Assembly: GCA_017609175.1 (NCBI GenBank)
Contig: JAFCEJ010000002.1
Span: 2,782-66,781, forward strand
Source of the DNA: Candidatus Pacearchaeota archaeon
Lineage (GTDB): Archaea; Nanobdellota; Nanobdellia; Pacearchaeales; GW2011-AR1
DNA: 64,000 nucleotides
Direction: 5' to 3'
The first letter of the stretch is position 1. The number at the start of each line of letters is the position of its first letter. The position numbers and the translations under genes are program-made. Of this stretch, positions 15,278-23,877 are shown piece by piece. The notes under the pieces were generated by a model that was not told where the DNA came from, did no database searches, and was given only the letters and a program-made list of their open reading frames with translations.

Positions 15278-16234
15278 ATGATGAAAGCAGAGAAGGGTTC
15301 TAGAAATTGGAAGAGAATGAATGTTTCTCCTGAAATGTCTGTTGAAGAATTGACGAGAGAGTTTGCTAATGCAGGTTATGCTGGTAAACGGATGGCAGAA
15401 GCTGTTGAAATTTATAAAAAAATGATTGATGATAAAAATTGCATTAAATTTGTTTCTGCTGCAGGTGCTTTGATTGCTGGTGGGATGAGAAACGTTTTTG
15501 TTAAATTGATTCGTTCTGGCGCTGTTGATGCAATGCTTTTTACAGGCGCAATTTTGACTCATGATTTGATTGAATCTTTTGGAGTAGGGCATTTTCAGGG
15601 AAGTGCATCTGTGAATGATATTGATTTGCATAAAGAAGAGGTTTTTAGGATGTATGATGTTTTTCTTGAGAAAAAAGGTTTTATGGTTTTAGAAGAAGAA
15701 TTACAAAAGATTTTTCCTAAACTTCCTCAGAAAGAGATGTCGCCGAGAGAATTTTTATATGAGCTTGGAGCGCATGTAGATGACGAGAATTCTATAATTA
15801 AAGCATGTTATGATATGAATGTTCCTATTTTTTGTCCAAGTTTGACTGATAGTGTTCTTGGTTTTCAGGTATGGATGTATTCACAGTTTAAGGAATTTAA
15901 TGTTAATCCTCAACTTGATATAAAAGATTTTTTTGATTTTGCCTGGAAGGATGGAAAGACTTTTGGTTTGTTGATTTTGGGCGGGGGTGTGCCAAAACAT
16001 TTTGTTCCATTGATGATGCAGGTTTCAGGGAAGTCTTTGAGATATACTATACAGATTACAATGGACCGTCCAGAACATGGGGGGGTTAGTGGAATGCAGA
16101 TAAGGGAGGCAAAATCTTGGGGAAAGATTGAGGAGCAAGGAATTATCTGCGATATGCGGGCTGATATTACTTTGGCTTTTCCTATTCTTGTAGCAAATAT
16201 TTTAGACTATTTGAAAAATAAAGATAAGGAATAA
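15278..16234 (+). CDS. dys: deoxyhypusine synthase
   Basis: SAAGALIAGGMR, LFTGAILTHDLIE, ILGGGVPKHF and ISGMQIREAKSWGKI-like blocks of DHS. The ATG at 15278 gives 318 aa, the usual size. Confidence 0.85.
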   Translation: MMKAEKGSRNWKRMNVSPEMSVEELTREFANAGYAGKRMAEAVEIYKKMIDDKNCIKFVSAAGALIAGGMRNVFVKLIRSGAVDAMLFTGAILTHDLIESFGVGHFQGSASVNDIDLHKEEVFRMYDVFLEKKGFMVLEEELQKIFPKLPQKEMSPREFLYELGAHVDDENSIIKACYDMNVPIFCPSLTDSVLGFQVWMYSQFKEFNVNPQLDIKDFFDFAWKDGKTFGLLILGGGVPKHFVPLMMQVSGKSLRYTIQITMDRPEHGGVSGMQIREAKSWGKIEEQGIICDMRADITLAFPILVANILDYLKNKDKE

Positions 16235-16278
16235 GATTTTCTACAAAAATTTATATAATTCAGGACTTTTATTTTAGA

Positions 16279-17352
16279 ATGAAAGAGAAAACTAATGCTG
16301 TTAATGTTAAAAAATCAGAAGAAAGGGAATTAGAATTAGTTGATGTTTTGAAAATATTTGCTCCTGGGACTTCTGTAAGACTTGCACTTGATGATATTCT
16401 TCGGGCAGGATTGGGGGCATTAATTGTTATTGATAAATCAAATCTTTCAGATATTATTGAAGGCGGTTTTAAAATTAACTGCCGATTTAGTCCTCAGAAA
16501 TTGGTTGAACTTGCAAAAATGGATGGGGCGATTATTCTTTCAAATGATATGAAAAAGATAATTTATGCGAATGTACATCTTGTTCCTGATATCGGAATTC
16601 CTACCAAGGAGACTGGGACAAGACATAAAGCTGCAGAGAGGACTGCAAAACAAATAGGAACAATCGTTATAGCTGTTTCTGAGAGAAAAAACAAAATTAC
16701 ACTTTATTGTAGAAATATAAAATATGAGCTCGGAGAAAGTTCTGAAATTCTTAGAAGGGCTGCAGAGACTTTGCAGGTTTTGGAAAAACAAAAAGAAATT
16801 TTTAACGAATTATTATCAAGCTTGAATATTTTAGAAGTTAACAATTTGGTTACAACCAGCGATGTGTGTTCTGTTCTGCAGAGAGCAGAGATGATTAACC
16901 AGATTTCTGCTATGGTGAAAAGATATCTTGTAGAATTAGGTAAAGAAGGGATTGTTGTCAGTATGCGATTAAAAGAATTGACTAGAAATTTAAATAAGGA
17001 AAAAGAACTTATTTTAAAAGATTATTTTGGTTCAAAATCTTCTCGTGCAGATAATATTTTAAAAAATATGAATTTTGATTTTTTATTGGAGACTCAAAAT
17101 ATTTCGAGGATGCTTTTTGACGAGCTTCATGATAGGAATATTTCTCCTAGGGGAATTCGGCTTTTGAGTAAGACAAATCTTCTTGAGAAGGATATAAAAT
17201 CTTTAATAAATACCTTTAAGAATTTAGATGCTATTCTAAATGCAGATGATGAATCTCTTCTTAAAATTTTCAAGAAAAAAGAATATGTAGAATCTTTTAA
17301 GAAGGAAATAGGAAATTTAAAAGAAAAAATAATGATTGGAAAGAAAATTTAA
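16279..17352 (+). CDS. disA: DisA-type diadenylate cyclase (DNA integrity scanning protein)
   Basis: DAC domain GALIVI...GGFKINCRFSPQKLVELAKMDGAIILSNDMKKIIYANVHLVPDIGIPTKETGTRHKAAERTAKQ (DGA and RH[KR] motifs), helical linker, C-terminal HhH-like region; 357 aa as in bacterial DisA. Confidence 0.85.
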   Translation: MKEKTNAVNVKKSEERELELVDVLKIFAPGTSVRLALDDILRAGLGALIVIDKSNLSDIIEGGFKINCRFSPQKLVELAKMDGAIILSNDMKKIIYANVHLVPDIGIPTKETGTRHKAAERTAKQIGTIVIAVSERKNKITLYCRNIKYELGESSEILRRAAETLQVLEKQKEIFNELLSSLNILEVNNLVTTSDVCSVLQRAEMINQISAMVKRYLVELGKEGIVVSMRLKELTRNLNKEKELILKDYFGSKSSRADNILKNMNFDFLLETQNISRMLFDELHDRNISPRGIRLLSKTNLLEKDIKSLINTFKNLDAILNADDESLLKIFKKKEYVESFKKEIGNLKEKIMIGKKI

Positions 17353-17353
17353 A

Positions 17354-18388
17354 ATGTTAACCCCTACCCAAATAGATGAAATTAAAGAACATCTCGAAAA
17401 AGCACAAAACCCTGTTTTCTTTTTTGATAATGATCCTGATGGTCTTTGTAGTTTTCTTTTATTAGCTCGGTGGCTTGGGAGGGGGAAAGGAGTTGCTGTT
17501 AAATCTTTTCCTGATTTAAATGAGGGTTATTTTAGAAAAGTGGATGAACTTGATGCAGATTATATTTTCATTTTGGATAAGCCAATTGTTTCAAAAGATT
17601 TTTTAAAAAAAGTTGAACAGAGAAATATTCCTGTTGTTTGGATTGACCATCATGATATTCAAGAAACTATTCCTGATTTTATTAATTATTATAATCCCAC
17701 CCTAAATAATTCTGGAAATGAACCGACGACTTATTTATGTTATCAGATTACTGAAAAAAAAGATGATATGTGGCTTGCAGTTATTGGTAGCATTTCTGAT
17801 AAATTTGTTCCAGATTTTTATGAAATTTTTAGAATGAAATATCCTGATTTGGCAATTGATTCTACAAATGCTTTTGATATTTTTTATAAATCTCAGATTG
17901 GCAAGATTGCACGTATTTTTAGTTTTGCTTTAAAGGATAGAACCACAAATGTTGTTAATATGATGAAATTTTTATTGAAAATTAAGTCCCCTTATGAGGT
18001 TTTAGAGGAGAATTCTAAGACATATTCTATGCATCATCGTTTTAAACAGATTAATGTTCGATATCAAAAGTTATTGGATAAAGCTAGGATGAATAAACGA
18101 GACGGAAAAATTTTATTTTTTCAATATGGGGGGGATTTGAGTATTAGTTCTGATTTATCTAATCAGCTTAGCTATGAGTTTCCTGAAAAAATTATAGTAG
18201 TTGTTTATGTTAGTGGAGTTAAGGCGAATATTTCTGTAAGAGGAAAAAATGTTAGGGATTTAATTTTAAAGGCCATTGAAAATTTGGAGGATGCTACTGG
18301 CGGGGGGCATGAAGATGCTGTTGGCGCTAAGATTAAAGTTGAAGATCTAGAAAAATTTAGGGAAAAATTAAATGAGCTTGTTGGGTAA
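17354..18388 (+). CDS. DHH/DHHA1-family phosphoesterase (NrnA/c-di-AMP phosphodiesterase-like or RecJ-like)
   Basis: DHH motifs FFFDNDPDGLCS, FILDKP, WIDHHD and DHHA1 GGGHEDAVGAKI. The ATG at 17354 lies 1 nt after the disA stop (the track's TTG start at 17336 would overlap disA). Confidence 0.8.
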   Translation: MLTPTQIDEIKEHLEKAQNPVFFFDNDPDGLCSFLLLARWLGRGKGVAVKSFPDLNEGYFRKVDELDADYIFILDKPIVSKDFLKKVEQRNIPVVWIDHHDIQETIPDFINYYNPTLNNSGNEPTTYLCYQITEKKDDMWLAVIGSISDKFVPDFYEIFRMKYPDLAIDSTNAFDIFYKSQIGKIARIFSFALKDRTTNVVNMMKFLLKIKSPYEVLEENSKTYSMHHRFKQINVRYQKLLDKARMNKRDGKILFFQYGGDLSISSDLSNQLSYEFPEKIIVVVYVSGVKANISVRGKNVRDLILKAIENLEDATGGGHEDAVGAKIKVEDLEKFREKLNELVG

Positions 18389-18458
18389 TTATCTAACAAT
18401 GAATAGAAATTCTTATAAACCCCATATTCTTATTTTTTTTATGAGGACTAAGTATAAA

Positions 18459-18600
18459 TTTGCCTGGGGTATGTATGGCAAGTTTAACTTAGTGTCTACA
18501 ATTAAATGTCCCTTAATTTGATTCAGTCGTTTTTTGGGCCTGAATCGAATGAGGGGTTTTGTTTCTTATTGTTAATTCAGGCCTGAAAAACTTCTGGATT
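18459..18600. other. candidate structured RNA / regulatory region with competing hairpins
   Basis: Hairpins seen by hand: TTGCC/GGCAA (18459-18483); a 17-position stem 18510-18526/18540-18556 (one mismatch, two G-T); a mutually exclusive 9-bp pairing 18537-18545/18575-18583; perfect 12-bp palindrome TTCAGGCCTGAA at 18576-18587. GC-richer than the flanks. Confidence 0.25.
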
Positions 18601-18780
18601 GGATTTTGGGATTTAATTAAATAAAATGAAAAAGGAGAGAGAACAAAAGATGGAACAAGAAGTGGAGCAAGAGCTTAGCAATTTGATGGAGCTTACTTTT
18701 CGTTTAGAAGATGAATTGAATTATATGACTATGAATGAGAATTAGTAAGGTTTTGTAAGCTAAGCCTTTTTTAATATTTG

Positions 18781-20238
18781 TTAGTATGATTTCCCGATAT
18801 AAACAACCTGGGTTGCTTTTTTATTGCAGATAATACATCTGTCTATTGGCTTTTCTTGTTTGTTTCCAAGAATTCCACGAACTTCCGCATTGATTTCTTT
18901 TTCGATATATTCGGCACATCTTGCTCCAGATTTTTTAATCGAACAAAAATTAACTCTTGCGATTTTTCCTTCTTTAATTGCCTTTTTAATTTGTTCTTTC
19001 GTCTTACAATTAACTATTTTTCCTCTCATAAAATTGTCTGCTTTTGTTTTTAATCTTTTGTCAAATTGTTCTCCAAGTTTTTTTAATTCTGAAAGTTGAT
19101 CGATATGAATTACTTGTTTCTTTTTTGTATCCCTTATAAATAGAGTTAATTTTTTTGATTTGATCTCTTTTTCTCCTATTTCTAATCTGAACGGAACACC
19201 CCTTAATTCATATTCATAATATTTTTCACCAGGCCTTTTTTCACTTATATCTATTTCAACATTTATTCCAAAGCTTCTTATTTTAGTAGCTATCTTTTCT
19301 GATTCAGAGATTATCCTATCTTGATTTTTTGAATTAAATATGGGGATTATTATTACCTGTATAGGAGAAATACAAAAAGGGATAATTAGTCCATTGTCAT
19401 CTCCATGGATTGATATTATTGATGCTAATATTCTCGATATTCCTGGGCCATAGCAAGTTTGCCAAACATATTTTTCCTTACCATCTTTATCTTTGAACTT
19501 TATTTTAAATGGTTTTGAAAAATTATTTCCTAAATTGTGTGTTGTAAATATCTGTAATAGTTTGTTATCTGGTAACATACAATCTCCCGCGATAGTATAT
19601 ACTGCTCCTGGGAATTTGTCCCATTCCGGCCTTTTCATAGGTAAAAAAGGAATACCAAATCTGTTGTGTACTATTCTTTCAGTTATTGTTATATCTTGTT
19701 GAACTTGTTTATCTGCTTCATTGTTGGTAGAGAATGCGTCATGTGCTTCTATCCAATAAAATTCTCTCCCCCTAATTAAAGGTCTCGTTGCTTTTGTTTC
19801 ACATCTAAAAACATTTGCTCTTTGGTATAATTTCAATGGTAAATCCCTATGACTTCTAATCCATAATGAATACATTTGGTAAAAAGCAGTTTCAGATGTT
19901 GGACGTAATGCCAGTTTGTCTTCGCCTTTGACCTTTTGTAACCAAAAAACTTCTGGACTAAATCCCTTAACATGAGATGATTCTTTTTTGAAATTTTTTT
20001 CAGGGATTACAATTGGAAAAAAAGAGGGTTTATGTCCTTCTTCTTGAAGAGCTTTTTCGTAGATCTTATAGATATTTTCTATTATCATCGCTCCCCAAGG
20101 ACGTATAACTATAAACCCTTTTATATTATATCTTAAATCAATAATTTCTGCTTTATTGAGAATTTCATTATACCATCTGCTAAAATTTTTATCTTTTTTT
20201 ACTGTTAGACCTTCTTGAGATTTTTTTTGATTTTTCAT
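18781..20238 (-). CDS. proS: prolyl-tRNA synthetase (archaeal/eukaryotic type)
   Basis: 485 aa; NFSRWYNEILNKAEIIDLRYNIKGFIVIRPWG N-terminus, class II motifs, zinc-binding C-terminal domain ending in Tyr (GKSY). Confidence 0.95.
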   Translation of the reverse strand: MKNQKKSQEGLTVKKDKNFSRWYNEILNKAEIIDLRYNIKGFIVIRPWGAMIIENIYKIYEKALQEEGHKPSFFPIVIPEKNFKKESSHVKGFSPEVFWLQKVKGEDKLALRPTSETAFYQMYSLWIRSHRDLPLKLYQRANVFRCETKATRPLIRGREFYWIEAHDAFSTNNEADKQVQQDITITERIVHNRFGIPFLPMKRPEWDKFPGAVYTIAGDCMLPDNKLLQIFTTHNLGNNFSKPFKIKFKDKDGKEKYVWQTCYGPGISRILASIISIHGDDNGLIIPFCISPIQVIIIPIFNSKNQDRIISESEKIATKIRSFGINVEIDISEKRPGEKYYEYELRGVPFRLEIGEKEIKSKKLTLFIRDTKKKQVIHIDQLSELKKLGEQFDKRLKTKADNFMRGKIVNCKTKEQIKKAIKEGKIARVNFCSIKKSGARCAEYIEKEINAEVRGILGNKQEKPIDRCIICNKKATQVVYIGKSY

Positions 20239-21071
20239 TATATTAATGTTTGATTTAAAATTTGTTGTGCAATTGAATTAACTGTGCTTTTTAGATAATT
20301 TGATTCAAGTGCAAAGCCTAGGCTTTCGCCACCACTGACTTTGAAGTTATTTATTCCGATGACTTTTCCTTTTTTATTTATTAATGGGCCTCCTGAATTT
20401 CCTGGGTTTAGTGCAGCATCTGTTTGTATATATGCTTCAAGATTATTCATCCCCTTTCTATGGACCCCTGAAACTATGCCTTCTGTTACTGAAAATTGCA
20501 ATCCTAATGGATTTCCTATTGCGATTACTTTTTCACCAATTTGAACCTTGTCTGAGTCTGCGAAATCTAATCTGTCATAGTTTCCAGGTATTTTTAATAA
20601 CGCAACATCTAAATCTCCATTATACCCAATAAAGCTAGCAGGAATTTTTTCTTGTTTGAATGTTATTGCATATACTTCATGCCCGCCCACCAAGACATGG
20701 GCATTTGTTACAATATAACCATCTTCTGTAATTATAAATCCTGTTCCTTGTGCTACATCTGTTCTTATCGTTACAACAGATTTAATTGCTTCTTCAATTA
20801 TTCCTGAAAAATCAGAACTTGCTGTTGCTTTTAATTCACTTAATTCTGTATTTATGGAACCTAAGCTTTCTTTCGTCTCAATTAAATTTTCTGATAATTC
20901 TCTTATCTTGCTTTGGCTATCAGCTATTTTTGTTTCTAACTTGCTATAGTCTGTTGTTGTTTTTATGAATAAGAGATATAATGCGACACTATTCAATATA
21001 AGTGCTATTACTATTAAAGAACTTATACTTCCAATTAGAATTTTGTGATGTTTTTTTAATGGCATTTTCAC
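20238..21071 (-). CDS. membrane-anchored trypsin-like serine protease (HtrA/S1C-like, no PDZ)
   Basis: N-terminal TM + coiled coil; catalytic TNAHV (His), DVALLK (Asp), GNSGGPL (Ser). The stop overlaps the proS ATG by 1 nt (TAATG). Confidence 0.85.
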   Translation of the reverse strand: MKMPLKKHHKILIGSISSLIVIALILNSVALYLLFIKTTTDYSKLETKIADSQSKIRELSENLIETKESLGSINTELSELKATASSDFSGIIEEAIKSVVTIRTDVAQGTGFIITEDGYIVTNAHVLVGGHEVYAITFKQEKIPASFIGYNGDLDVALLKIPGNYDRLDFADSDKVQIGEKVIAIGNPLGLQFSVTEGIVSGVHRKGMNNLEAYIQTDAALNPGNSGGPLINKKGKVIGINNFKVSGGESLGFALESNYLKSTVNSIAQQILNQTLI

Positions 21072-21161
21072 TTCTTTTTATAGATATTAAAATATAAAAA
21101 CCTACGTTTATTAATTTTATTATCAAATTTAAGTTAGATTAAATGGAGTTGAGGTTATACA

Positions 21162-21270
21162 GGGCTCGTCGTTCAACGGATAGGATACCTGGTTTCGGCG
21201 AGAGTTTGCGTTTTATCGCAGACGTCTTCGGAAAACCCAGTTGATGGAGGTTCGAATCCTCCCGAGCCCG
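21162..21270 (+). tRNA. tRNA-Arg (anticodon TCG) with ~37-nt intron
   Basis: Acceptor GGGCTCG/CGAGCCC, T arm GGAGG-TTCGAAT-CCTCC, anticodon stem CCTGG/CCAGT (27:43 mismatch), loop TTTCGG|C. 109 nt in total, so about 37 nt must be removed. The exact intron borders are my best hand fit. Confidence 0.7.
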
Positions 21271-21298
21271 TTCTAAATTATATTTAAAAGAGGATAAA

Positions 21299-22465
21299 AT
21301 GAAAAGTATTTCACAGAAATTTTTTAGTGGGATGGGGAATCAAGATAAAAAGAAATTTCTTATTGCAGTTTCAATTTTAGTTGGAACCTGTATTGGCGCA
21401 GGGGTTTTGGGAATTCCATATGTCGCAGCGCAAGCAGGATTTTTTGTGGCTTTATTTTATATTGTTTTTGTTGGTTTGATAATTCTTATGGTTAATCTTT
21501 ACATTGGTGAGATTTCTCTTAGGACAAAAGGGAATCATCAGCTTGCAGGATATGCTCAAAAATATCTTGGTAAAAAAGGATATTATATTATGGAGTTCGC
21601 TACTTTTTTTGGTATTTATGCAGCTATTATTGCCTATATTCTTGGTATTGCTGAAAGTATTAGTTTTTTGATTTTTGGAGATTCGAGTTATTATCTTTTT
21701 ATTGGAATTTTATTTGGGTTATTTATGGCGGTTTTGCTTTGGAGAGGGATGAAATCTTTGAAAAGATTTGAAAAAATTGGGGTTGCAATTGTTTTATTTT
21801 TGCTCTTCTTAGCACTCTTTATTTTTCTGGATGATATTAATGTGCGTAATTTTTATTATTTTAATTTGGCAAATATTTTCTTGCCTTTTGGGGTTATTCT
21901 TTTTGCTTTAATGTCTTTTCATGCGATTCCAGAAGTTGAAATTGTTTTAAAGAGAAATGAAAAATTAATGAAGCATGTTTTGATTTTTGGAACATTGGTT
22001 TCTGTAATTTTTTATATTTTATTTGCTTTTATTGTAGTTGGGTTTAAGGGATTGGATACACCTCAAATAGCAACTTTAAGTTTAGGGACCCTTTTTGTTT
22101 TTTTAGGTATTTTTACAATGTTTACTTCTTACCTTGCGTTAGGAAATGCGATGTTGCAAAATTTGATGTTTGATGAGAGATTCAGTAAAAAATGGGCTTG
22201 GTTTTTGTCAGCAATTTTACCGATAGTTCTTTTTGTAATTACCCAATTGTCTGATTTTTTTTCATTTACTAATATTCTTTCTATTGGTGGGGCGGTTTCT
22301 GGAGGCGTTATGGGGATTTTGATTTTGTTTATAATTAAAAATGCAAAAAAGAAGGGGGATAGAAAACCAGAATATTCTTTTCCTGTTAATTGGTGGATAA
22401 TAGGATTTTTGACTTTAATTTTTGTATTGGGAATTTTATGGGAATTAGTGCAAAATTTTTATTAG
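21299..22465 (+). CDS. amino-acid permease (APC superfamily, aromatic amino acid/Trp-Tyr permease-like)
   Basis: 388 aa, ~11 TM helices, N-terminal GTCIGAGVLGIPYVAAQAGF motif typical of this transporter family. Confidence 0.75.
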   Translation: MKSISQKFFSGMGNQDKKKFLIAVSILVGTCIGAGVLGIPYVAAQAGFFVALFYIVFVGLIILMVNLYIGEISLRTKGNHQLAGYAQKYLGKKGYYIMEFATFFGIYAAIIAYILGIAESISFLIFGDSSYYLFIGILFGLFMAVLLWRGMKSLKRFEKIGVAIVLFLLFLALFIFLDDINVRNFYYFNLANIFLPFGVILFALMSFHAIPEVEIVLKRNEKLMKHVLIFGTLVSVIFYILFAFIVVGFKGLDTPQIATLSLGTLFVFLGIFTMFTSYLALGNAMLQNLMFDERFSKKWAWFLSAILPIVLFVITQLSDFFSFTNILSIGGAVSGGVMGILILFIIKNAKKKGDRKPEYSFPVNWWIIGFLTLIFVLGILWELVQNFY

Positions 22466-23806
22466 AATTTCTTTAGTTGTTTTATAATCTGCTCTTTTAT
22501 TTGAGGCTCTCATTACCTGGCCTATTAAAAAATTAAGGGCTTCTTGTTTTCCGGATTTATAATCTTCTATTGCTTGAGGATTTTGTTTTATTACTTGTTT
22601 CACTATTTTTTCTATTTCTGATTTTTCTGAAATTTTTTTATGTTTTTTTGCATGTGTTTTTGGAGAGAATGATTTTGGAATAAACTGTCTTAAAATTTCT
22701 TGAGCTTTTAATTCTGTTAGTGTTTTATTTTCTATAAGTTTTAAAAGTTCTATAAAATGTTCTGGTTTAATATCGACTTCTTCTAGTTCTTTTTTGTTAT
22801 AGTTTAAGACACTTAAAAGTTCAATTGTTGTCCAGGGAACTGCTAATTTTGGATTTACTTTCTCAATAACTTGTTCAAAAAATTCTACAATGTCTAATTT
22901 TTTTGTTAAGATTTCTGCATGTTTTTTTTCTATTCTATGTTTTTTAATTAATCGTTTTAGTTTTATGTGTGGACTTTCTGGAAGAGAAGATTTTATTTTT
23001 TCAATTCTTTGTTTTTCTATTTTTATAACAGGTAAATCTGGTTCTGAAATAAATCTGTAATCTTCTGCTTGTTCTTTTGTTCGCATTTTTATTGTTATTT
23101 CTTTTTTCTCGTCGAACATTCGCGTTTCTTGTATTTTTGGTTTTTCTCTTTTCTGTCTTTGGATTTCGTATTCTATTGCTTTTTGAATATTTTTTAAGGA
23201 GTTTATGTTTTTTATCTCAACTCTTTTTCCCCCAGAAATTGAAATATTGACATCTGCTTTTATTCCTGCATTTTTGTCAATTGCTTTGATATAGCTTAAT
23301 GTTAGAATTAATTGTTTAAGCCATTCAATTACTTCTTCAGATGATTTGAAGTCTGGTTCTGTTACTATTTCAACTAAAGGGCTCCCTGAGCGATTATAAT
23401 CTATTTCTCCTGTTTTAGGATTCCATGCTGCAGGGTCTTCTTCTAAATGGACTTCTGTTATCCCAATACTTTGGAATTTCCCATTTATTCCGACAGGAAT
23501 TGCATAAGTTCCAGAAATTGTATTCTGATATCCTTTTGGTAAATCCGGCCAGTCATAGTGTTTTCTTTGCCATGTTAATTTTTTATTCACCTTACATCCG
23601 AGAATTAATGCGATTTGAATTATTTTTTTTATTGCTTCTGAATTTGGAAGCATTGGTTTTGCTCCTGGCTGGGCTGTGCAGATTGGACAAATATTCGTAT
23701 TTGGCTTTGAAATTTTTGCACCATGTTCTGCTTTGCAAGTACAAAATAATTTTTCATTTGTATTTATATAACCGTGAATCTCCAGACCTATTTTTGCTTT
23801 TGTCAT
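22445..23806 (-). CDS. gatB: Asp-tRNA(Asn)/Glu-tRNA(Gln) amidotransferase subunit B
   Basis: IGLEIHGYINTNEKLFCTC...PNTNICPICTAQPGAKPMLP...RKHYDWPDLPKGYQ; C-terminal YqeY-like tail (ALNFLIGQVMRASNKRADYK). Confidence 0.9.
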   Translation of the reverse strand: MTKAKIGLEIHGYINTNEKLFCTCKAEHGAKISKPNTNICPICTAQPGAKPMLPNSEAIKKIIQIALILGCKVNKKLTWQRKHYDWPDLPKGYQNTISGTYAIPVGINGKFQSIGITEVHLEEDPAAWNPKTGEIDYNRSGSPLVEIVTEPDFKSSEEVIEWLKQLILTLSYIKAIDKNAGIKADVNISISGGKRVEIKNINSLKNIQKAIEYEIQRQKREKPKIQETRMFDEKKEITIKMRTKEQAEDYRFISEPDLPVIKIEKQRIEKIKSSLPESPHIKLKRLIKKHRIEKKHAEILTKKLDIVEFFEQVIEKVNPKLAVPWTTIELLSVLNYNKKELEEVDIKPEHFIELLKLIENKTLTELKAQEILRQFIPKSFSPKTHAKKHKKISEKSEIEKIVKQVIKQNPQAIEDYKSGKQEALNFLIGQVMRASNKRADYKTTKEILIKILH

Positions 23807-23877
23807 GTTTAGAAAAAGAAGATGTAATTTATTAAGTTATTGGAAATGTTTTTATAATTGATTCTTCTTTTCTTTTT

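Noticed and set aside
15277-15335. Possible C/D-box sRNA (ATGATGA at 15277 and CTGA near 15331, about 57 nt apart)
   Set aside because: There are no convincing internal D'/C' boxes and no terminal complementary stem, and the segment is more simply the 5' end of the deoxyhypusine synthase CDS (MMKAEKG...).
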